17,124 bases of DNA from Candidatus Iainarchaeum sp. (GCA_038736825.1 JAVYME010000023.1:1-17124), one strand, 5' to 3'. Counted from the stretch's first letter, positions 7,075 through 14,006 are shown. Notes: generated by a model from the sequence alone, not told the origin. Numbers and translations: made by a program.

Positions 7075-10000
7075 TTAAAGCCGTTTCAGCCTCCAGTAAA
7101 GATAGGCAATAATGGCTGCCATTATTATGAGGATTAATGGCAGTGGAATGCTGCCAGGCATTCCTCCAAAAGAAACCTCTGAAGCTTTATGTTTTGTTGG
7201 CAATGGCACTGGAATTTTGAAAAAGGATGAAGGGCTTGCTTGCAGTGCAGTAATTTCTTCTCCAGTAAAAGATTTTTTTGGCTTGTATTTTATGGTTTTT
7301 TCCTCTCCTGGTTGCAGTGATGGGACAAAAAAGGAAAGCACTGGGTCAACTTCAACTATTTCAAAAAGCGTGTTTGCTGACAAAACAGATGCTTTCTCTC
7401 CAATGCTTTTGGGAACAAACTCCACTACATTGAATGGAGTGCTTTCTTTTTGGCTCGTGTTTTTGACATAAATTACAACCAACAAATGCGTTTCAGTTTT
7501 TTGCCCAGAACTCACTTCTAAAGCAATTATTTCGCGCTTGAAAGAGAGTTCTCTCCAAAGGCTTTTTGCATCTGAAAGGGCTTCACCGTTCAAAAATTGT
7601 GCCAGAGATGTTTCAAGGGAATCCCTGTCAACAGAATAATCTATTGCCTGCGTGCTTTTCACAGAAACTTTTGGGCTTGCATTCCCAATTTTTTCCAAGA
7701 GTTTTGCAGCTTCAGCGAGCTCGCTTTCCACTGAAACAACATTGCTTTCCTTGAAAGCCTTTTTTGCCTTTTCAATGTGTTCTTTTGCGGTTTCAAGCCA
7801 AGACCTTGCTTCAGCTCCAGGATCAACAAGGAAGGCGTCAAGTAAAGCCATTATGGAATTAATTGAATCCAAAAGCGATTCAATGTTTTTTATTTTTTCA
7901 TTGAATCCACTGAAAAGCCTTAATTGCACGGTTTTTTCTGAAAAATTGTTTAAGTCATCAAACGCTTGTGCTTTAATGTTTGCATCACTCAAGCCGAGAG
8001 CCACTATATTCCAGTCAAAAACCGCGCTTTGCTTGTTAAGGTCTTTTCCAGAGAGTTCTGCAATAATTGTGCAATTCAAGCCATGGCAATTGCTTAGTTT
8101 TAGCCTTACGGTGTCTTCAGAAAACCTTGCTTTTATTTCAATTAATTCTTCGCTTTTTTGTTTTGCTTCAAGAAGGTTTAAGTCTGGCGGTGTTGCATCT
8201 ATGGTGAAAGCCAGTTCTTCGGTTGCATTTAAGTCAAGCGTGTCGGTTGCAAAAACAACCATTTTTGTGTTTCCATCAATTGGCTTGAAAAAGACAGTTC
8301 CTGACAGGGTTGTGCTATTGCCGGAAATTGAAAACTCTGAAGTGTTGCCGTCACTATAGTCAATTTTTCCATATGCAATTTTTAACGGATAATCACTGTA
8401 AATTTTAATGGGGTGTTCGCCGCCAGCATAGTGTTTGATTCCATTTTTGTAAGTGTATCCTTCAATTGAAACCTCTATTGTTGGCGCATTTGCATCGACA
8501 ACACTGCATTTTTCTTGGCTTAATTCTGAAAGATTGCCTGCCTTGTCCACAGATTGCACTCTATAACAGTATTTTGTTCGCCCGGTTGCTTTGTGTGAAA
8601 AGTTTGTGTCTTCCCTTGTTGCATAAGAGTTGGAGGAAGTTATTCCGCTTGCATTCGCATAATATATGCGATAATGGCTTATTCCACTGCCAACATCGGT
8701 TGCTTGGCTCCATTGGACAATGTTATTGGAGTCAATGCGTTCAATGCTGGTTATTGAAGGCATGGCTGGAGAGTTCCTGTCAAGGAAAACAGAGCGCTGG
8801 ACTTTTGTGTTATTGTCATGGTTGTCAAAAACCCAAGCATAAACTGTCCTGTTTCCATCTGTTGCAGTGCAACCGTTTTCTGAAGTTATTGAAAAAGTTT
8901 TAACTGGAAAAGAATAAAAGTGGCTGGAATAATTGGCATCATTGCAGCTGAACCTTGCACTGTACAAGTCTATCCCAGAAACATTTATGTCTGGAAACTC
9001 TGAATTAACATACCATTCAATAAAAAAGTTAATGTCGGTTGGCGCACTAATGTCTGGCACAGTTGCGCTAGCACTATTAGAGAGTGCTGAAATGTTTCCA
9101 GCTCCATCCACTGCTTTAATGGCATAATAGTATGTGGTGTCTTCGTTTGCCATGCTCATTGCGTCAACATAGTTTGTGTTTGAACTGCTTATTGATTCAG
9201 AAACAAGAGTTGCACTGGAAAGATTTGAAGAATTAATGGCTGAAGTGTAACGGTACAGGAGAAAATGAGAGAGACCGCTCCCGCCAGAATCCAGAGGTGC
9301 ACTCCAGTAAATGTTAAGATCGTGTTTTCCTAAAACATTTTTTACATTTAGGTCTGAAACAGCGCTTGGAGGGACCTCGTCTATAATGAAAGACCAGTTT
9401 AAGTCTTTATTGTTGCCAGCATTGTCTTCAAAATAAACGCTTACTGCCACGGTTAGACTTGAAATGTTGCTGTCTGGCTTGTAGGATAAAAGGACTCCGT
9501 TTGGAATCTGGGTTTTTTTAATGTTTGTGTCTGGAATTGGGTCCCCGTTAACCCACAAAAATATGGAAGAGGCTTTCACTCCAGATTCTGCATCCAAGAG
9601 TTGCACATTTATGTCTGGAGTGCGAGTGTTTGCATAATTTTTCGGGTTTTCAGAAGAATGGGTTGGAGAATTCAAGTCTATGCAAAGCTCTGTAAAAGAA
9701 TTTTTTGTGCTAATATTGCCAACTCTGTCAACCTGTTTTCCAACAACATAAGACATGCAAGAAATGCTTTTGCCAAAAGAAGAAACTGAAAAGCTTGCTC
9801 CATAAATGCCATCGTTTGCATCAAAATCATTGTGTGCTCCATCATCATACAAGTTCAAGTCCAAAATTGTGCCTATTGAGGCAAAAGTGTTTGAATCCTT
9901 TTCCCCTGAAACCCTGATTGTCAGAGTTTTGCTCCCATTTAAAATGGAATTAATGTCACTTGCATTGGCGTCATGCCATACATAGTTTATTGTTGGACCA

Positions 10001-10356
10001 GTTGTGTCAAGGTTTATGGTATCGCTTGCGCTTGCAAGGTTTAAACTTGTATCTCGCACTCTTGCATAAACTGTTTTTTGGCCATCTCCGGTTGTGCAGC
10101 CTGGACCGGAATTCAAGTTGAAGGGGTAAGTTGCAGCATAATCAATCCAGCCACTGTAAGTGGAGTTATCGCAAGAGAACTGCATTTGGTGACCATCAAC
10201 TGCAGAAATGTAGAGAATTACTTGGGGGGAATTGGTGTCAGGTTCGTTTTTTTGAATATTGAAGTCGGTTATTGAGACAATAGCGATGGTTGCTTGCAAG
10301 TATAAGAGGAAAATTGTGGCAAGGGTAATCCGGAAAAGCTTTTTTTTCATTCCCAT
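7075..10356 (-). CDS. Large secreted, C-terminally anchored surface protein/adhesin with FN3 and Ig-like repeats
   Basis: 1093-aa ORF with a Sec-like N-terminal signal (MGMKKKLFRITLATIFLLYLQATIAIVS). Two FN3-like modules are recognisable (about nt 9055-9375, PPSAVSDLNV..YWSAP..SGLSHFLLYRY..YYYAIKAVDGAGNIS, and about nt 8494-8772, VQWSQATDVGSGISHYRIYY..CYRVQSVDKAGNLS). It also has a duplicated Cys-containing module, a helical segment and a C-terminal PGS-TM-RLKRL tail. I counted about 23 N-X-S/T sequons manually. Confidence 0.9.
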   Translation of the reverse strand: MGMKKKLFRITLATIFLLYLQATIAIVSITDFNIQKNEPDTNSPQVILYISAVDGHQMQFSCDNSTYSGWIDYAATYPFNLNSGPGCTTGDGQKTVYARVRDTSLNLASASDTINLDTTGPTINYVWHDANASDINSILNGSKTLTIRVSGEKDSNTFASIGTILDLNLYDDGAHNDFDANDGIYGASFSVSSFGKSISCMSYVVGKQVDRVGNISTKNSFTELCIDLNSPTHSSENPKNYANTRTPDINVQLLDAESGVKASSIFLWVNGDPIPDTNIKKTQIPNGVLLSYKPDSNISSLTVAVSVYFEDNAGNNKDLNWSFIIDEVPPSAVSDLNVKNVLGKHDLNIYWSAPLDSGGSGLSHFLLYRYTSAINSSNLSSATLVSESISSSNTNYVDAMSMANEDTTYYYAIKAVDGAGNISALSNSASATVPDISAPTDINFFIEWYVNSEFPDINVSGIDLYSARFSCNDANYSSHFYSFPVKTFSITSENGCTATDGNRTVYAWVFDNHDNNTKVQRSVFLDRNSPAMPSITSIERIDSNNIVQWSQATDVGSGISHYRIYYANASGITSSNSYATREDTNFSHKATGRTKYCYRVQSVDKAGNLSELSQEKCSVVDANAPTIEVSIEGYTYKNGIKHYAGGEHPIKIYSDYPLKIAYGKIDYSDGNTSEFSISGNSTTLSGTVFFKPIDGNTKMVVFATDTLDLNATEELAFTIDATPPDLNLLEAKQKSEELIEIKARFSEDTVRLKLSNCHGLNCTIIAELSGKDLNKQSAVFDWNIVALGLSDANIKAQAFDDLNNFSEKTVQLRLFSGFNEKIKNIESLLDSINSIMALLDAFLVDPGAEARSWLETAKEHIEKAKKAFKESNVVSVESELAEAAKLLEKIGNASPKVSVKSTQAIDYSVDRDSLETSLAQFLNGEALSDAKSLWRELSFKREIIALEVSSGQKTETHLLVVIYVKNTSQKESTPFNVVEFVPKSIGEKASVLSANTLFEIVEVDPVLSFFVPSLQPGEEKTIKYKPKKSFTGEEITALQASPSSFFKIPVPLPTKHKASEVSFGGMPGSIPLPLILIIMAAIIAYLYWRLKRL

Positions 10357-10379
10357 CGTATATGAGTATTGTTTCGTTC

Positions 10380-10404
10380 TTTAAAAGCTTTATTAATATA
10401 TTTA
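10380..10404 (-). promoter_or_regulatory. Internal promoter candidates for the adhesin gene
   Basis: On the minus strand, cttttaaa (10380-10387) is centred 27.5 nt upstream of ATG 10356, which would make the transcript leaderless. The adjacent taaatatattaata (10391-10404) is an alternative TATA element. Confidence 0.35.
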
Positions 10405-10438
10405 GAAACTTTTTTTTGAATGAGTGGGAAAAGCTTTT

Positions 10439-10843
10439 TTAGGCTGTTTCTTTGGTTGTTTCTGCTAGCGCGGTAATCCTTTGCTTGAACCATTCCAGGG
10501 AATAAAAGCCAGTGAATTTTTCGCTGCCCAAAATAAAGCAGGGCACTTCTTCTTCTGAAATGTTGTTTTGCCCCATTTTGCCTGGTTCTGCTTCAACGTT
10601 TACAATTGTAATCTTTGCAATTTTTGAAAGGTTTTCGTCTTCTCCGATTTTGCGCAAGATTTCTTGGAGTTTTGCTGAATCGCTGTCAAAGGTTTTAAGG
10701 AAGGCAACCACTTTTATTTCCCTTGTCCTTTTCACGTTATCATTTGGAATGATGTTCAATATTGAGGGTAAAACAAAAAAATAAAGCAATAAGAGCGATA
10801 TTGCCAGTATCACTATTTTTCCAGCCAAAGTTAGTTTTACCAT
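10439..10843 (-). CDS. Membrane-anchored thioredoxin/glutaredoxin-fold protein lacking the CXXC motif
   Basis: 134-aa ORF with an N-terminal TM segment. The rest follows a beta-alpha-beta...cis-Pro pattern: IKVVAFLKTF-DSDS-AKLQEILRKI, KITIVNVE, then EEVPCFILGSEKFTGFYSLEWFKQRI. This aligns by eye with small archaeal thioredoxin-like proteins (VKIELFTSPMCPHCPAAK..VPTIVINGDVEFIG), with DSDS in place of CPHC. Confidence 0.55.
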   Translation of the reverse strand: MVKLTLAGKIVILAISLLLLYFFVLPSILNIIPNDNVKRTREIKVVAFLKTFDSDSAKLQEILRKIGEDENLSKIAKITIVNVEAEPGKMGQNNISEEEVPCFILGSEKFTGFYSLEWFKQRITALAETTKETA

Positions 10844-10854
10844 GCCAATCCCTT

Positions 10855-11289
10855 TTAACTACAATTTGTTGTTTTGTGGGAAAGGTTTTTGCAATCCCGA
10901 GAAGTGACTTTTATTTCTGCTGGGCTTTCTCCGGGGTCGAGTTGTATGTAAACTTTTCCATAAGCGCTCTCTTTAAGGTTTATATTGCAAATGTTGGTGT
11001 CAGATTCACCACTGCTGTACCTTACAGTTACAGTGAAGGAATTCAAGTCCACAAAATCAGTGTTTTCTAATAATATTGTGGCAATGTTGGTGTCGCCTGC
11101 ATCAAAAGAGCATGAAACTATTTGAAAGCCAGCATTAGAGCATTTTATTTGTTCATCTGAAATTCTTTGCTGGTTGGACAACTCGTTATTGTAATAAGTG
11201 TACATCCATGAAAAAAAAAGGCCGCCTATGCCCATTGCCACTAAAACCAAGAGCATTGTTGCAATGAGCGGGCTTACTCCCTTGTTCAT
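10855..11289 (-). CDS. Archaeal type IV pilin (class III signal peptide), pilin B
   Basis: MNKG|VSPLIATMLLVLVAMGIGG. The track ORF starts at TTG 11310, but ATG at 11289 is preceded by AAGGTG (11299-11304) at a 9-nt spacing and gives the typical short leader. It shares the YSSGESDTN motif with pilin A. Confidence 0.9.
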   Translation of the reverse strand: MNKGVSPLIATMLLVLVAMGIGGLFFSWMYTYYNNELSNQQRISDEQIKCSNAGFQIVSCSFDAGDTNIATILLENTDFVDLNSFTVTVRYSSGESDTNICNINLKESAYGKVYIQLDPGESPAEIKVTSRDCKNLSHKTTNCS

Positions 11290-11298
11290 TCCAAAAAA

Positions 11299-11304
11299 CA
11301 CCTT
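11299..11304 (-). promoter_or_regulatory. Shine-Dalgarno site of pilin B
   Basis: The minus strand reads AAGGTG 9 nt upstream of ATG 11289. Confidence 0.5.
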
Positions 11305-11336
11305 TTTCAAAGCAGAATAAAATAGTGTTTTACTGG

Positions 11337-11345
11337 TTTAAATAA
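11337..11345 (-). promoter_or_regulatory. TATA-like element upstream of pilin B
   Basis: The minus strand reads ttatttaaa about 52 nt upstream of ATG 11289. This would give a ~25-nt leader containing the AAGGTG SD. Confidence 0.3.
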
Positions 11346-11380
11346 CTTTCTGTATTGTTGCCTTAAGAAAAAGATTGAAT

Positions 11381-11417
11381 AAATAAAATAAAAGAAGGGA
11401 AGGGTGAAACCCCATCC
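11381..11417 (-). terminator. Candidate terminator after pilin A (short GC hairpin plus T-rich tract)
   Basis: ggaagggtgaaaccccatcc (11398-11417) can form a 3+3 bp GC-rich stem with one mismatch and a 6-nt loop. On the minus strand it is followed by ttcttttattttattt (11381-11396). Confidence 0.3.
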
Positions 11418-11437
11418 TTTTTCAAACAATTTAAAAT

Positions 11438-11902
11438 TCAACCTGTTATATCGCTTTGGTTTACTTCTGTTGCAATGTTGCACTGTGTGGATTCAACTCT
11501 GACTCTTAATGGTTTGCTAGCGCCATTGGCAGTGCCACCCACAGTTAGAAGTGTTTGTGCGCCAGCGGCTATTGTTGTGTCAGCATATGTATTGGTGTCA
11601 CTATTGCCTCCAGAATAGTATGCGATTAACTTGAACCCGTTTAGGTCTCTTGAGCCTTTATTTTGCACCACCAAGGTTGTGTTTTTTGTGGTTGAATTCC
11701 AAACGGGTTTTGTATCAGTAAGGTCAATTCCAAGACTCACTCCAGCGCACCCTGTCATTCTTTGTCGCTCTTGTTCGCTTTCCGTTTGAACACTTGACTG
11801 CATGGATGTCACCCATTGCCAGATTATTACTCCTACAGCCATGCACACTAGCAACAGTAATACTGTTGCAATCAGCGGACTAACTCCTTTTTGGTTTTTC
11901 AT
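11438..11902 (-). CDS. Archaeal type IV pilin (class III signal peptide), pilin A, candidate major subunit
   Basis: MKNQKG|VSPLIATVLLLLVCMAVGVIIW. GGGTGAT (11908-11914) lies 5 nt upstream of the ATG. The gene has its own upstream TATA-like elements and a downstream hairpin with a T-rich tract. It is the first gene of the locus. Confidence 0.9.
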   Translation of the reverse strand: MKNQKGVSPLIATVLLLLVCMAVGVIIWQWVTSMQSSVQTESEQERQRMTGCAGVSLGIDLTDTKPVWNSTTKNTTLVVQNKGSRDLNGFKLIAYYSGGNSDTNTYADTTIAAGAQTLLTVGGTANGASKPLRVRVESTQCNIATEVNQSDITG

Positions 11903-11907
11903 TGCAT

Positions 11908-11914
11908 ATCACCC
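11908..11914 (-). promoter_or_regulatory. Shine-Dalgarno site of pilin A
   Basis: The minus strand reads GGGTGAT 5 nt upstream of ATG 11902, complementary to the archaeal 16S 3' end consensus (..AUCACCUCC). Confidence 0.55.
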
Positions 11915-11936
11915 TTTATAAATTTTAATGCATAAA

Positions 11937-11963
11937 ATAAGCCTTAAGTTCTTTATAAGCCTT
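11937..11963 (-). promoter_or_regulatory. Tandem repeated promoter-like elements upstream of pilin A
   Basis: A perfect 9-bp direct repeat ataagcctt occurs at 11937-11945 and 11955-11963. On the minus strand these read AAGGCTTAT followed by TTTATG and AAAG, so each copy is fused to a TATA-like run. Confidence 0.3.
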
Positions 11964-12036
11964 TCTTTTTTGTTTTTTAAGCCAAAAAGCAATCTTTTTC
12001 CGTTTTTTTTTGCTAAAAACGCGCTTCCTGCGGAAT

Positions 12037-12053
12037 GTTTTTATTGAAATAAT
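12037..12053 (+). promoter_or_regulatory. A/T-rich TATA-like region upstream of the LamG surface-protein gene
   Basis: gtttttattgaaataat lies 21-37 nt upstream of ATG 12074. The exact box is ambiguous. Confidence 0.3.
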
Positions 12054-12073
12054 GCGTTATTAAATTGATTGCA

Positions 12074-13975
12074 ATGAAGGCATGGTTTTTGCTGGTTTGG
12101 CTTTTGCTGGTTTCAGTTTTTGTCTGGAGTGCCTCTCCTTGGACAACCTTGAACCAACCAAATGGCAATCAAGTGATTGGAAGCACTTATACTGTTGATT
12201 TTAATGTAAGCGATGAGGATGGCACTGGCTTGAATGCAGCACTTTATTATTCTTCTGCTAGAGGGGATTTCAACAATTTTATTGCTGACTTGAATCTCAG
12301 CGATTACGCCAATTATCCTGGTCTTTCTTGTGGCAATTCTTTTTTTATCACCAACACGAATTGCACTTATGACTGGAATTTGTATCGCCCAGGGGTTTCA
12401 GTTAAAGATGAAAACCTTGTTCTTTTTATGCCAATGGATTCGTATTCTTTTAGGGATTTTTCGCTTTTGGCAAACAATGGTTTGGGTCAAAACTTTGACA
12501 AGACTTCTTCGAGTGGCATTGTTTCCGGCAAAGTCAATAGGGCTATGAGATTTGATGGTGTTGACGACTACATTTCAATTGCTGACAATGACAGGCTTGA
12601 CCTTAGAACCAACAATTTCACTATAGAATTGTGGGTTTCACGTGCAACAACTGGTTCAAACCAAGTGTTGGTGGATAAAAGGGTTGATGCTGACAATGGT
12701 TATTTGCTTCAATTCAATGCCTCTGACCAAATTGAAGCCCAAATTTGTAGTAGTGGTTGCATTACTGTGGCTTCCACTAGCACGGTTAGTGATGCAAACT
12801 GGCACTATATTGTTGTGGAATTCAACAGGAATGCAAATGCTCAAATTTATTTGGATGGTTCAGCCAATGGTGCAGCAGTGAACATTTCAGGCAAGGCTGG
12901 CAACATAAATACTGCTGTTGCGCTTCGCATTGGAGCAAGAGCATACGGTGCCCTAGCAAGCGCGCTCAATGGTTCTATTGATGAATTGCGATTTTATGAC
13001 AAGCTCTTGGGAGAAGCTGAAATCAAAAAGCGTTATTCAATGGTGCAAGGCACTGATTTGAACAGGATTGCTGACGGCAATTATTTTTTGGATTTGAATG
13101 TTTGGGATTCCAGTGATTTGAACGCAATTGATTCCAGCAATAACAGTTTTGCTGTGGACAATAATGCGCCAACCTCAACAGACAATGCGCCTGCAGGAGT
13201 GCAAACCTCTTCTTTTATTGTGACAATTTCTTGTGATGACACTTCTCACATTCCAGGCATTCAGGCAAGCGGTTGCTCGCATTCAGTTTACAGGCTTAAT
13301 TCCGGGCAATGGAGGGTTTCAAGTGCAATTGCAATAAACAGTGACGGAAACCACAAAATAGAATATTTTTCAGTTGATTTGGCTGGAAACGCTGGCCCGA
13401 TAAGGACAACATATGCTTCTCTTTTATTGACTGGGCATTCTTTCAGTTTTGGTTTAAAGTTTGATGGCAACTGGTGGGGCAGCCGTGTAAGGATTCCAGG
13501 GTTTGTTGTGGACCAAAACATGCAAAGCACTGTTTCACAGTCTTTAAGCCAGTCAACCAACATCGATTTTGCATGTTTTTCCCTTAACAGTCTTGCTTTG
13601 GGTTTGATTAGCACTGGTTCCACTTATTGGGCGGACATAACAAATGTTTTTCCATCCACTTTCAATATTTACTTGCAACAGTCTCGCAGGGAAGATATTG
13701 ATAACGAGTTTTTTCTTGCTTTCACTTCAGGCAATTGCTCGATTTTTGAATCCCAAAAAGGCTATGTTAGAAGCGGGGAATTCCTTAAAAGGGTAAACCC
13801 GGCTTTTGGGGTTCCAACAACTGCAATTTACACTCTAACACTTGGACTGGATTACTATGGCAGCAATGTTGACATTAATGGAAACCTGGGCTTGGGGCCT
13901 GGCTCGCATTCTCTTTTAATAAAAAACCAGGGAACTGCTAACGAAAAAGTGGTAATAGGCATTTCTGAAGAATGA
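12074..13975 (+). CDS. Secreted surface protein with a LamG/concanavalin A-like lectin domain inserted in an Ig-like module
   Basis: The track ORF starts at TTG 12065, but ATG at 12074 gives MKAWFLLVWLLLVSVFVWSASPW, a Sec-type signal. The Laminin_G_3-like core reads AMRFDGVDDYISIADNDRLDL..NFTIELWV..NWHYIVVEFN..IYLDGS..LRIGAR..GSIDELRFYDKLL. A later Ig-like module reads ISCDD..SGCSHSVYRLNSGQW..DGNHKIEYFSVDLAGN. Confidence 0.9.
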   Translation: MKAWFLLVWLLLVSVFVWSASPWTTLNQPNGNQVIGSTYTVDFNVSDEDGTGLNAALYYSSARGDFNNFIADLNLSDYANYPGLSCGNSFFITNTNCTYDWNLYRPGVSVKDENLVLFMPMDSYSFRDFSLLANNGLGQNFDKTSSSGIVSGKVNRAMRFDGVDDYISIADNDRLDLRTNNFTIELWVSRATTGSNQVLVDKRVDADNGYLLQFNASDQIEAQICSSGCITVASTSTVSDANWHYIVVEFNRNANAQIYLDGSANGAAVNISGKAGNINTAVALRIGARAYGALASALNGSIDELRFYDKLLGEAEIKKRYSMVQGTDLNRIADGNYFLDLNVWDSSDLNAIDSSNNSFAVDNNAPTSTDNAPAGVQTSSFIVTISCDDTSHIPGIQASGCSHSVYRLNSGQWRVSSAIAINSDGNHKIEYFSVDLAGNAGPIRTTYASLLLTGHSFSFGLKFDGNWWGSRVRIPGFVVDQNMQSTVSQSLSQSTNIDFACFSLNSLALGLISTGSTYWADITNVFPSTFNIYLQQSRREDIDNEFFLAFTSGNCSIFESQKGYVRSGEFLKRVNPAFGVPTTAIYTLTLGLDYYGSNVDINGNLGLGPGSHSLLIKNQGTANEKVVIGISEE

Positions 13976-14006
13976 TTGGTTCAAGGGAAGCTTGCTTCCG
14001 AAAAGC

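Noticed and set aside
7075-7160. A bona fide PGF-CTERM archaeosortase signal on the adhesin
   Set aside because: The motif reads PGS, not PGF. No archaeosortase is visible in the window. A plain C-terminal TM anchor explains the sequence equally well. I keep it only as a remark within the adhesin finding.
7652-8359. A 235-aa plus-strand ORF, and similar ORFs at 7112-7471, 8466-8903, 2929-3336, 4819-5301, 5004-5411, 1080-1592 and 13288-13623
   Set aside because: All are antisense or out-of-frame inside long ORFs that have clear domain signatures. Their translations are S/F/L/C-rich with no motifs. These are typical shadow frames of AT-rich, Lys/Glu-rich genes.
2454-10347. Homopolymeric A/T runs of 8-9 nt inside coding regions as possible slipped-strand phase-variation switches. 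Examples are T8 at 10340-10347 just after the adhesin start, T8 at 4197-4204, 4539-4546, 4794-4801 and 4824-4831, and T9 at 2454-2462 and 2672-2680.
   Set aside because: They are Lys (AAA/AAG) codon runs spread over many genes, including housekeeping-like ones. They look like a by-product of AT-rich, Lys-rich coding rather than targeted contingency loci. Without population or read-level length variation there is no evidence for switching.
1028-11902. An archaellum (archaeal flagellum) operon
   Set aside because: There is no KaiC-like FlaH and no FlaF/FlaG/FlaC-E-like genes. The pilins are short (145-154 aa), the platform is split in two, and an adhesin is embedded. All of this fits an adhesive pilus better than a motility apparatus.
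13986-13999. A small hairpin ggaag-cttg-cttcc after the LamG gene, considered as a terminator
   Set aside because: The stem is only 5 bp. The nearest T5 tract (14017-14021) is 18 nt away and lies next to the putative nurA TATA box. This is too weak to call.
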